A DNA stretch of 62,733 nucleotides, counting the filler, from Kipferlia bialata (Eukaryota): assembly GCA_003568945.1 (NCBI GenBank). It is 4 parts of 4 records of this genome, joined end to end, with 100 filler letters (N's around TTAATTAATTAA, not from the genome) between each part and the next. Parts side by side here need not be neighbours in the genome. Positions count along the whole stretch, not along the records: positions 1 to 23,271 come from BDIP01000264.1; 3 more parts are not named here. The stretch is one strand, 5' to 3'. The position numbers were made by a program, and so were the translations under genes. The first letter of the stretch is position 1. Each line of letters starts with the position of its first letter. Shown one piece after another: positions 1 through 11,343 of this stretch. The notes beneath the pieces are model-generated. The model ran no database searches. It was not told where the DNA came from and was given only the letters and a program-made list of their open reading frames with translations.

Positions 1-49
<49 letters not shown>
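1..49. repeat. (GA)n microsatellite (intronic)
   Basis: Pure GA dinucleotide run at the window start. Confidence 0.95.
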
Positions 50-52
<3 letters not shown>

Positions 53-59
53 GATATAC

Positions 60-1346
60 CTCTCTACTAATGCCGGGTCCATCTGTGCCAGCAGTCCCGA
101 TGCGGCAGAGGAGTGGTTGTCCAGGAAGTTGAACAGCTTGGCCCTCTCTGCATCCCCCTCCTTGTCTCTTATCCTCTCCTCCTGCTCAGCCTGTCGGTCC
201 CGTCGCCGTCTGTCGGCAAGGGTCTGCGTGCCCTCAACCCACTCCTGAGAGGGTGAGAAGAGGGGGGGGGGGGCAGAGAGAGAGAGATACACCGATGACC
301 GTTTGGATATATATGTCTCACTATTTCTGTGGTGTATGAATAGCACAACATCATACCTGAGGCCTTGTGGCGCATAGCAGTGGCCTATGTATAGGTGCAG
401 GGACTGCCGGTGGGGGACGCCTTCCCCTTGTATGTGACGCCTGCACCCTAGAGTGATGTGTTATACTCATACATTGTGATGCCGCACTATTGACTGGGTC
501 CAAGAGAGTAGGCATGCACCCTGCCCTGAGGACAGGGGGGGACAGACACTCCCTAAAGACAGCCGCCCTCTCTACCCCTGCCACCTCCTCGGGAGATAGC
601 ACCACCCTCAGCTCATTGGCCTCCTGCAGGGCATCCTCCCCATACTCCTCCACCCCACACCCTCCCCCTCCCTTGCGGTGCCTGGTCACACTCGCATGCA
701 TGTCCCGAACAGTCTCTGTCAGGGAGAGGGGGACGACGGGGGCAGTGCTGTGGGTGTGACTGAAGTTAAAAGTACATTCTCTCTACAACCTATGACAGCT
801 ATGTACATGTTTAGTCTGTCACGTAAGTACCTGCCCCTGCCGGTCTGTGGGTTGTACAGGTCCTCCCAGTCAGCAGAGGCATCCTGAGACCCAAGTCTGG
901 CCAGCATGGTGGCAGCCCTGGGGTATGAGAGAGAGAGAGAGATGGGTGAGAACTGATACACTGCACCACCCAACCTGATGGTAGGCAGCATCGGCCCAGG
1001 GCTGCACTCAAAGGGTGACCCATAGTCCATGTCTGCCTTGGGGTCCCACAGCCTCTCATAGGCACCACTACCATGAGCCTTTGATAGGGGTGTGGTTGGG
1101 GTGCTGGCAGGGCGGCTGGGTCGGGTATAGGGGTGGGGGGATACCGGGGGTGTCGGTGCCACTCGCAGCCTCCGTGGTATACTAGGGGGAGGGGCTGAAG
1201 GGAGGCCCATACAGGGCAAAGTCCCCTGCCCAACTGAAGAGAACAACAGACAAAGTCCCCTGCCCAACTGAAGAGAACAACAGACAAAGTTCCACATGGA
1301 ATACATACCTTTGTGACACTTTTGGTTTGGGTAGCTCAAATGCCAT
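60..1346 (-). CDS. Multi-exon hypothetical protein, 3'-partial (continues off the left edge)
   Basis: ATG at 1346 (MAFELPKPKVSQ) followed by a GTATGT donor. GT-AG-bounded open exons include ...AYERLWDPKADMDY..., ...EDLYNPQTGRGRYLRDRLNMY... and EWVEGTQTLADRRRRDRQAEQEERIRDKEGDAERAKLFNFLDN (60-244). No family recognised. Confidence 0.6.
1217..1290. repeat. Perfect 34-bp tandem duplication spanning a 3' splice site
   Basis: caaagtcccctgcccaactgaagagaacaacaga at 1217-1250 and 1251-1284, plus a further caaagt. Confidence 0.95.
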
Positions 1347-1664
1347 AGTGACGCATCGTGTCATAACATACTGACTATGTATAGAACTGTCTTACCATCT
1401 CACATGGTGAAGGCCTAGTTATGTAAAGAAGATACAACACCTGCACCACAATTAGTGGAACTCTATTCATTCTTTGACACAATGACACACACACTCACAA
1501 CTCTACACTGATACTCAAACGGTATCTCTTCCAGTCTCTAACACGAGACTTACTCTCCTCTGACCAGAGTGCTCTCGAAAGGATGGGGAATAACTCCGAT
1601 GGCAGTGTGGTTGGTACTACGCTACCATCTAGACCACCTAGACTATCTAGACCATCTGGTAGTC

Positions 1665-4600
1665 TCAGGACAGGAGACCGGCCTCTGCGGCTCTCTCTCT
1701 CTCCACAAGCAGTGTCCTCAGCCCATCCAGCCACCTCCCCCTCAGCATAGGTGTCCCAGTCTGGAAGTCCACCACCCCACCCCCACTCAGCCTCAGCCTG
1801 ATGTAGCACGAGTCCTTGACCCTCCTCTGACACGAGGCAGGGAGGGTGTCCAGGTCAACACCACCCTCGGCATAGGTGATCTCAGACAGTGGGTACACCT
1901 CACCATCCCCCTCTCTCTCCCTCATGCCTCTGATGTTGACGGCAGTGTCGGCACCTCTGAGTAGAAGAGACACCGCCTTGGGCTTCACACTGCCATCGAT
2001 GAAGTGCATGATGACGCTCTTCCTCTTCAGGGTCCGTGTGATGGTGGGGATCTGTTGCTCTAGCTCCTCGTCGGATAGTGCCGCAGGGAGGGGAGGGGGT
2101 GCAGACGCAGGGGCAGCAGGGGCAGCCTCCACCTTAGGCTCAGGTGCAGGTGTGGGGACAGGTAGTGTGGAAAGAGGGGCGAAGGGGGCAGGGGCCGGTA
2201 TGGGCTCTGGCAGGGCCTCTGACAAATCCACCGTCTTGTCCTCAGCAGTGATCTCAGCCACAGGTACCCTCATAGGCACCGCAGGGATAGAGGGAGGGGC
2301 AGGGGGTATAGCAACACTGGGTGCTGGCGGGGCCACAGTGGGTACAGGAGGGGCAGGTACAGGGGCCTCTTCAACCACCACTGGGGGCAGGGGGGCTGGG
2401 ACCATAGGGGGGGTGGGAACTGGGGAGGGCTCCTTCTCAACCTCTGTCTCTCTCTCTACCTCTGTCACCACCACCTCTGCCGGTGTCTCTGTGTCTGATA
2501 GGACCAAGGGAGGAGGTGGTGGCACCCTACCAGTGGCCAGTGTTGGTGGGGTGGGGCTTGGAACAGTAGGTGGAGGGGTGGGGATGAATGGTGCGACAGG
2601 AGCCTCAGAGACAATATCTTGGACTATTACTGGTGGAGTCCCAATGGGCTGTGGTGGGGGAGGGGGACCGGAGGACACAGGAATAGGCTCAGAGTCAGGA
2701 AGAGGTGCTACCTGCACAGGGGGAGGAGAGGGGACTGGTGGTGTAGGAACAGGTGTGGGGATGGGTGCAGATGGCACCTGCTCCATGGGAAGAGGGGCCA
2801 CCTCAGCAGCAGGGGAGGGAGAGGGAGAGGGAGATGCCTCACGTACGGATGGCACGACCACCACCTCCTCCTTCACTACCTCCTCCTCACCTACCACTGC
2901 ACTCTCACTGACTGTGATGGGTGGCAGAGGAGGGGGGGCAACAGGCCCTGACACAGGCGCCCGCTCCACAACAGCTGGTACCGAGGGAGCCTCAGGAGAG
3001 GGTGCCCTACCTAGTGACAGAGACGCCTCACCCACACTCTCCTCAGGTACTAATACTGGGACAGGTGGGGGGATAGGGGCTACATAAACAGGAGCCTCAA
3101 CTGGCTCCTCTGCCAGTACCTCCTCCTTGTGTACCTGTGGCACAGAGTCTATGTGCACAGGCACAGGCTGGGGGGTGGGCACACTAGTATCCGGCTGGCT
3201 CTCCCTCTCCATCTGCCTCTCTGCTGTCTGGGCACCCCACTCCACAGGGGCACAGGCCCCCCTCTCCTGCTCCAGAGGGGTGGGCTGGGGGGAGGGGGAC
3301 ACAAACTCGTCTGTGCCCATGTCCCTAGGGGGTGCAGGGGGCATGCCTCTGACACCGGGAGAGGGGAGGGGGGGTGGGGTGGCAGTGCGCTCCCGACTCC
3401 CCACAGACTCTCCCTCCCTCTCCCCCTGCCCTGGTGCCACCACTGTGACCTCCCACTCTGTCTGCACTCCCACAGACACACACATCCAGGGCAGGTCGGA
3501 CCCCACGCCCCTGTCCACAGTGTTGCAGGGTACAGGCCTCTCCCTCTCTCTCTCTCTCTCTCTCTCCTGGGGCACCACTCTGGCTGGACTGGGTGGAGAC
3601 ACTGCAGCCTTGGGGGTGGCATAGCCAGTCTGCTCACCCCTCCTGGGCCGCCTCTCCCTCTCCCTGCTCTCCCTCCCCTTGGAGGCCTCTGCCCTCTCCA
3701 CACTGGTATCCACTACATCCAGTAAGGCAGCCACGGCCTCCCCCCTCGACACCCCCGATGCAGTCTCTGCCCCTGCATACCCCTTCCCCTTGACGGGTGA
3801 GGTCAGGGTGGAGGGGGACACAACGGCATCGAGCAGGGCACGCTGACTGCGGAGCTCCTCAGCATGCACCTGCAGGATTAGACAGAGGGGGAATGGAGAG
3901 GGGAGAAACACAGAAACAATGGGAGAGATACATTAACACTAGGGCACAGAAAGTCACATATATAGTAACATGTATGCACTATAATACAACATACCTGCAG
4001 TGTGGATAGAATAGCATCCAGCCTTGGGTCTCCCAGAGATGCAGGGGAGAGAGAGGTGGCGGAACGCTGGCGACTCCCGACACCAGCCGACCCCTCTCTC
4101 TCCTCCCTTCTGGGTCTGGGCTGGGTAGAGGAAGCATGCATGGAGGGGGAGTGGGGGGCCCGGGAAGACCCTCTCTCCCTCTCCCTCTCCCCCTGTACCC
4201 TGTTTGGATGTGACCCAGGTGGCATGGACTGCCTCGCGCCCTTCCTGACATGCTGCCCACTGAAGGTGTGGGTCTTACCCCCCACCCCACTGCCACTCCT
4301 GGGCACTGAGTGTCCCTTGCCCTTGATACCCTCTCCAGATGGCACAGGGTGTCTGGACCCAGACACAGAGTGCATGCTCCCAGTGCGAGAGGGGGGTTGT
4401 CTACTACCCCTCGCCCTCTCATGTCCATGCCCATGCATGCTCTGACTCTGACCATGGGTACCCATGTGCTGAGGGGACATAGCCACAGCTGGCTGGGTGG
4501 GGGCGGGTACGAACCCCAGCAGCCCTGGTATCCGCTTGGCCACCCCAGGCATGGAGGGTGTGAATGTGAAGGTGCTCTTGGTGTGGGACCCCCTTCCCAC

Positions 4601-5090
4601 ACCCCCTCTAGTGGGCACCTTCACAGTGATGCCCACACTCTCTGGTGTGCCGGGTGGGGCATCCTGCACAGGCACGTGTCTGGCACCTATGACTAGGTTG
4701 CGGTCTGGAGTGAGGGGAGAGATGTTACTACATATAGTGTGGTGCACTGAATACCGTGATTGATTGTATTGATTGTACAGGGTACACACACTCCATTAAC
4801 AGTGCTCTCATATAGCCACTGATTCCCATATAGCTCCCCTCACCTACCACGAACAGCTGCTGCCCGTCCTCCAGCACAGCAGACAGCCTCTGGGGCGACA
4901 CTGATAGTACTGACTGGTACTGGCTGCCCATGAAGGTGACAGTGCCCCCATAGGCATAGCTGCGGCCTCGGCCATCGGGCGTCATCTGCAGCAAGCGACA
5001 GAGGTGCGCTGCAAGACCACTGTCACTGTATGCGAGTGGGTATGAGTTCTGTTTGGTAGAGAGCCCCGTTTGAGGTGTCTGAGACCGGGA
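1665..5090 (-). CDS. Multi-exon Pro/Glu-rich protein with a C-terminal PH-like domain; 5' end uncertain
   Basis: Long terminal exon (ORF 1665-3911) joined by GT-AG introns to ORFs 3878-4789 and 4728-4994. The C-terminal ~110 aa (TLKRKSVIMHF...YPLSEITYAEGG...YIRLRLSGGGVVDFQTGTPMLRGRWLDGLRTLL) has the PH-fold pattern, ending in a helix with the conserved Trp. Confidence 0.65.
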
Positions 5091-5256
5091 TTTTTGCTAG
5101 CATTCTGGGGGTTCATCGACATCAATACAAGTGACAAGGAGAGAGAGGGGGGATACATAGAAGTACATACAATCCACGGGCACGAATATGATACATCTAT
5201 TACTGGCTCTGACACGTAAAAAGTGGTGCCTATATGAAGGAGACCAGGGCAAGAGC

Positions 5257-5838
5257 CTAGAAGGCAAGAGGCTCCTTCTCATATGGAGTCAGGAACCCGC
5301 TGGCGTCCTCGCCATTGACTCCGTCCTCCTCTGCATCGATGGAGAACTCCCATGCCTTGTTGTAGAGCAGCACGTCCTTGCTCTTTGTGTCCACCTCCTC
5401 CTCTGTCATCAGGAAGACTGTGTGCCTGGACTCGGAGGAGGCCAGGACCAGGTTGGATGTGTGGTGGTACATGACCACAGACACAGACCCCTTGCCGCCC
5501 CGGAAAGCAGGGCAGAGCTCAAACCTAAAGAGGGCTGCGTTGGCCTCCTTGTCCGTCATGGACAGGTCGCTGGCCAGCCACAGGGGGGAGTCCAGGTCCT
5601 CGCACATCAGGGTCATTCCGTTGGGAATGGCATTGGAGGGCACTACACGCCACAGAACACCCCTTGGGGCGGCCATACTATCCAACCCAGCCATGTCAGA
5701 CCCTCCATTCAGGGACAGAGGGTCAGAAAGGGGATCAAAACTTGTTCTCCTCCAGGATCCTATGTAATACAGCCCGGCGGTATTGAAAACCTCAGACGTG
5801 GAAGGCAACAGGCTAGTTACGTCTGCACCCGCGTCCAT
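5257..5838 (-). CDS. Intronless hypothetical protein, 193 aa
   Basis: ATG-to-TAG ORF with globular, beta-rich composition and GC-rich third codon positions. No family recognised. Confidence 0.65.
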   Translation of the reverse strand: MDAGADVTSLLPSTSEVFNTAGLYYIGSWRRTSFDPLSDPLSLNGGSDMAGLDSMAAPRGVLWRVVPSNAIPNGMTLMCEDLDSPLWLASDLSMTDKEANAALFRFELCPAFRGGKGSVSVVMYHHTSNLVLASSESRHTVFLMTEEEVDTKSKDVLLYNKAWEFSIDAEEDGVNGEDASGFLTPYEKEPLAF

Positions 5839-6065
5839 CGTGGTGATTACGTACTATTGGCTCGAGTAGGTTGGACTTTGTTGGTAAGAGGACCAGGCTG
5901 GTTACCTGAAAACAAACCCTTTCCTCTGCCATTTTTGCCCCATGATTCTTCAATGACTCTTTAAGAGTTTTGGCTTAGGTCTCTCTACCTACTAGATCTC
6001 TACACCCAGTGCCCCACCGCCCCCAGAGACCATTCTGGAGGTGGGGGCAAGGTCCTTCAGTACTT

Positions 6066-9000
6066 ATGGCACATGAAGGGGAGCATACATACGAGGTATG
6101 GGAGGATATTTGAATGAGTGGCGCCCGTCCAATATTTGACCCTGATATGTGTCTCATTCCCTTTCCTCCCCCGCAGGTCAATGGGTGGATCCGGGTCTCT
6201 CTAGTGTCCTCGTACGACCCGAGCCGGGGAGAGGGTCTGACTGCGCTGACCCTGTACAACCTGACTGCCTTTCAGCTCTACGGCACATTCAGTTACATGT
6301 CTGCCAGCACAGGCATGACCATGGAGGTGGGGACTGGTATATAGGGGGGGGGGAGTTGTGTGGGAGCCGTATGGACTCGTTGACTACAGTGGCGTGATAC
6401 CAATTGGCTACTCCCTGTCTCTCTATTGGTTGTAACTCTATATGTCTATCTATAAATGGATTCCTATGATTACCCCTCACCCCCAGGACCGGCCTGTCAT
6501 CCAGACCTTTGTGCTTGACAAGCACACATCCACAGAGTACAGGGGCAGCTCCCGGCTCCGCATTGTGGGCCCCCCCTCCATTGTGCTGCACTCCATGCGT
6601 CTGTTCGAGAGGGTGGGTGTGGCCCAGACAGCCGTGGACAGGTGGGCAGGGCCCCCCAAGCCAAGTGTGTCAGGTGGGGGGCAGGGAGGGGGGGACTACG
6701 GGGGCATGTACACCAGGGCGTCCCAGGGGCTGGCATCCAGCACACCCACCTCTGACCAGCACAGATACAGCATAGGGGTGGGTCCCCCGTACTCTGTCTC
6801 TGGAGCATCGGGTGCCAAGGGTACCCCTGCCCTGCCCCACATGAGGAATGTGTTTGGGGTCATTAGGAGCAGCAGGGCATTCCTCGCATCCCAGGTGTGT
6901 TCAGTATATACTAGCTTGTGAATATGTATATAGTATGTCCACTTGCCTCACTCCCCAGGGTGCTGTTGATCCAAGTGATGGCAGCCAGACCAGACGTAGA
7001 GAGAGTGTGGGTATGGGCACCCCAGACAGGGTGTACCGGGCACGCACGGGGGAGAGGGGCAGCAGGGGTGACTGGGACTCACCCAGACGGAGTGAGGTGT
7101 CCCCCTTCACACCCCCAAACGCAGTGGGGTGGGACAATGGACCATCCACAATGGGCAGGAGGGGGACGGTATCTGCAGTGGGTGTTGATGGTAGACATGA
7201 GGGCAGGAGTCTCTCTGTGCCGCACCGCAGGGATAGCCGGGGTATGGCCCACTCACATGTGGGGCATGGCCTGGTGAGACACGGCACCATGCCCGTGGGT
7301 GGGCCCATACCCTCCCTGAGACACCAGGGGAGAGGGGGAGGGACAGAGGCCAGGGGTGCAGTGGGTGGGTGGGACTGGGAGCAGCCAGTCTCATCGCTGG
7401 GGGAGAGGGGTACATACAGCGGGATGGGGGAGCGGCACAGCATCAGCAGCCGCCCCTCCCGCCTAGCTGCCACCCCTGTCCGAGTGGACAAGGCCCTCAA
7501 CCTGTCCAGTGTGTCAGCAGATGCAGACTACCTGGGTGGGCGTCTGCCTGGGGCTGACTCCCTGCTCAGACGGGACTCCTCCAGCACCAGTATAGGTATA
7601 GGTGGGGGGAGGAGAGGCAGGGAGAGAGACAGAGAGAGGGAGAGGGTGCGGGGCCGCCAGGATGCGGTGTTGGTGGATCAACTGTTGCATAATGCCACAT
7701 CCCTAGAGGATACGGATGGAGACACAGATAGGCAAGATAGCCAAGGGGGGGAGAGGGATGCAGCGGCTATTAGGGCCAGGGAGAGGCGTGCTGCCATCCT
7801 GGCCGAGAGGCGGCTGAGGCTGCGTGACACGACTGAGGTAGCAGTGTACCAGGTGGGGGACGGGGTGCGGAGCTCGGCCCTGCCCAAGACACGGACAGAG
7901 CCAGCCGTGGAGGCAGGCCCTCCCCTCAGGGTGTGTGGGTATGCGAGGGATGAGAGTGGTCAGGAGGTCCTGCAGTGCCAGAGGGAGGGGGAGGGGGGCA
8001 AGGGGGTGGGCTCTGTCTTCCTAGTAGACCCTTATCATGTGGAGGCAGTGGCATCAGTCAGAGAGAGACGGTGGCTGAACGTGGTGCTGGGGGAGACACG
8101 CCGTCTGTACAAGCAGATGGCCACAGACAAGCATGTACGCCCCCCCTCCCCCAGCCGCCTCTCCCCCCTGTACACTTTAGTCAAGGGTGCCAGGGTTCCC
8201 TTATGTGCACTGTGTGTGGTACTGTGCATACTGGCCATGTGGTCCAGCACTGGCACTGTATCTGACTCCAATGTGGACACCCTCACTGCCGGGTTTGGGT
8301 CTGCCCTACCTGTGGTACAGGCACTGTGTCTGGTTGTGTTTGGCTTGGTCTGTGTGTGTGGTACCCTGACCAGTAGGATACGCCTGTCTCAGACCGGGTG
8401 TGTGGGTAGTACCCCTGGGTGCCATGCTCTGCACCCATCCACACCCTCTGGTACAGACACCCCAGACATGGACAGGAGGGACAGAGCAGCCATAGGCCTA
8501 GAGGAGGCAGTGGGGGGAGGGGAGTCACCCAGAGGTGCTGGTGCATGCCCCCCCATGTCGTCTCTCTCCACCCATGACATGGGTGTGTACAGTCACATGT
8601 GCCTGGATGTACTATGTGCACTGGCCAAGAGACACCCCACCTCAGACTCCATTGTGTCCCTGACCCACAAGGCACAGGGTGCGATAGCTAGGGTGGTGGG
8701 TAGAGCCCATACTAAGGGTCAGCAGCATGCACACAGACAGAGGACAAGAGTGGCCAGAGGAGGGGTGCTGCTGGGCACCTGTCTCGGTGTGTCCCTGTGT
8801 GTGTGGTATGCAGGGTCAGCATCCTGTCTCTCCCTCCAGGGTATATGTGAAGAGACAGAGGCTGTGGGTGTCCTCTCCCTCCCTGTCTGCCAGGCATGGC
8901 TCAGACCCGTCCTCTTCCTCTGCTGCCTGGTGCTGGGCGGACTGGCAGTCAGGAGCTTCAGACGCCACCCACCCCCTGCCGCCCTCCCCACCTGCCCCCG

Positions 9001-11113
9001 GATACCCAGGGAGGTGCTGGGTGCTGTGCTTCTCCCTGATGATGACCCCTCTCCCTTTGCATGCTCTGGGCGGGGGGTGCTGGGGGTGTTCCTGTTGGCT
9101 ATGGGTGGCATGGTAATGGCACTCAGGGGGACATACGTCGCAGCCAACACAGGTGGGTACTAGTGAGTATTACACCCCTTTACACAATTATTACACCATT
9201 ACACAATATACTATGTCCTATATACTCACCCTAGATGTGACTACCCTGTCGAGTCTCAAGCCCACCTGGGTGCAGGCCCTAGTCTTCCCAGTCTCTGATG
9301 CATCCTCTGCCGTGCCAGACGTAGTATCAGCCACCTCCTCTGCCACAGCTACTCTACTAGCTGGTGTGTGTGTGTGGCTCCTGACCCTTGGCACTGTATC
9401 CATGGTGCTATGGTGCATGGGCTCTCAGTACATGGGTGCCAGACGGGCCAGACACATCATGGACAGATACTGTCTGGCAGAGGAGGATGACTCTGAAACT
9501 ACACCACAGTCACGTTCCCGTATACCCCTGACCACCCTTGTGCTGCGTGTACTCTCTGCACACACCGTGGCCTCTCTGTCCGGTGTGTATGTACAAGAGG
9601 ACACAGATGGCATGGTGGACCAGCAGTCACCTGAGGTGGCACAGTGCGTGCACGCAGTCACGGGTATCCTACGCGATGCCACCACAAGGTACTAACACCT
9701 GCTAGAGTGAGTGGTCTAGACTCTCCTAACCCCAGACTATCCTGCTCTGTCTATGTCCCAGGGTCCCTGCCATCCTTCTATCTCTGTGGGGTGGGAGGGG
9801 TGGTGGGGTGGGGCCTTGCCTCGTGGCTTGTGGCCCTATACTCAGTACAGACTGATGTCACAATGGTGTGGGCAGTGTGTGTATGCATAGCTCTTGGGTG
9901 TGTTGCCCTTCCCCTCCTGGGCCGGTCTGCTGTCCCCCCCTTCCCCTGTCCCCTGCCTGAGGCCTCTGACCCTGGGTTCAACCCTTCTACTAGGGCTAGA
10001 AGAAGAGAGAGGGAGAAGGAGAGAGAGAAGAGAAGGCAGAAGAGAGCCCTAGCCCGACAGCACCAGCCCGACCCAGCCTCAGATGCCGCAGAGGGCGGCT
10101 CTCTCGAGGGCGGCTCTCTCTTCTCCCCTGCCTCACCTGCTGAGTCACCCCATTCCACCCACACTCATGCCCTACCCATACCTGCTGTCCCCTCCTCAGG
10201 TGGTGTGCCCCCCCTGGACATGGTGCTAGACCTTGCTGTATCGAGTGACAGGAGACAGGCGGCACATGCCCTGGCAGACACCCTCTCCCATACCTTAGTG
10301 GCACACACCCATGCATACATAGGGGCCAGTGCCATGTGGCCTGTGCTAGTGACTATGGGTATGGTGCTGGCAGTACCCCCTGCCCTGTATCTATGCACCT
10401 TACCCATACCCCTGCTGCGTGACTCTGTATCCACCCTCTTCTCAGAGTATGCCAGTGAGTGTGGGACCTCTGACCTTGGGGGTGCCCTCTCTACACTGGT
10501 CTGTGGGGGTGTATCCAGTGTGTGGTGGGGTGTATGTCTGGCAGTGGGGTCGGGGCTGGTGCTGGTTGGTCTCCGCCTCAGGTCTGCTGTCCCCCCTGTC
10601 CCCCCACCCCCCTCCCGCAGCGTGTCTGTGGTGGAGAGACAGGCAGGGTGGGAGAGGGGCACGCTCTACCAGAGGGCGTGTCTCCTGGCCAGCAAGATAT
10701 ACCCCTCCACCCGCTCCCCTGGTCTAGTCTCCCCAGACCACATGTACCTGGTCAGGAGGGGTGTGGTGTGTGCAATGGTGGTGCTGACAGTTGGTGTCGG
10801 GTATGTGTGTGCGTGCCTCCTGGCCACTCTCAGCATGGGTCCCTCCAGTATGGCAGACAGTGACATGCCCTTTGCCTCTCTTGCCCACTCCCTGGGGCCC
10901 TCTCTCCTCTCCCTCCCCGCCTCCCCCTCTGCCTCTGCCTCTGATGCCTGGGTGTGCATAGTGTGCCTCTGGTGCCTGGGTCTCTCTCTCTCCTCCCTGT
11001 CCCTCCTATCCCTCCTCTGTCTATGTATAGTCAGGGTGGCCGCCTGTCTCAGGCACCCATTCTCACCCACATACGCCAAGGTCTGCAAGAGGTTGGACGC
11101 GGCGCTAAGGTGA
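6066..11113 (+). CDS. Large multi-exon, multi-pass membrane protein (hypothetical)
   Basis: MAHEGEHTYE|VNGWIRVSLVSS... spliced to long ORFs 6442-6921, 6848-9163, 9153-9695 and 9644-11113. About ten Cys/Leu/Val-rich hydrophobic segments lie in the C-terminal half; TGA at 11111-11113. Confidence 0.65.
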
Positions 11114-11343
11114 TAGCTACATAGCGTAGCAAAAGTGTACTCATTATTTCCAGTGTTTTGTGTTTGTTCTCACCTGTATCCCTATCCATGTGTGATAGGT
11201 GTGTCTAGTGTGACCATGGTGGGTGATCTCACCAGTTCCCAAAGAATAGAAAGAGTTTTGTATTTGATTAGAGCATGTTATAGTACAGTACATTTGATGG
11301 TACACATGTCAGCCTCGCTACTATACACTATCTATTGGCTGTG

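Noticed and set aside
1876..3087. 403-aa Gly/Thr/Ala-rich plus-strand ORF and other long overlapping ORFs
   Set aside because: Antisense shadows of GC-rich, Pro-rich coding exons on the opposite strand.
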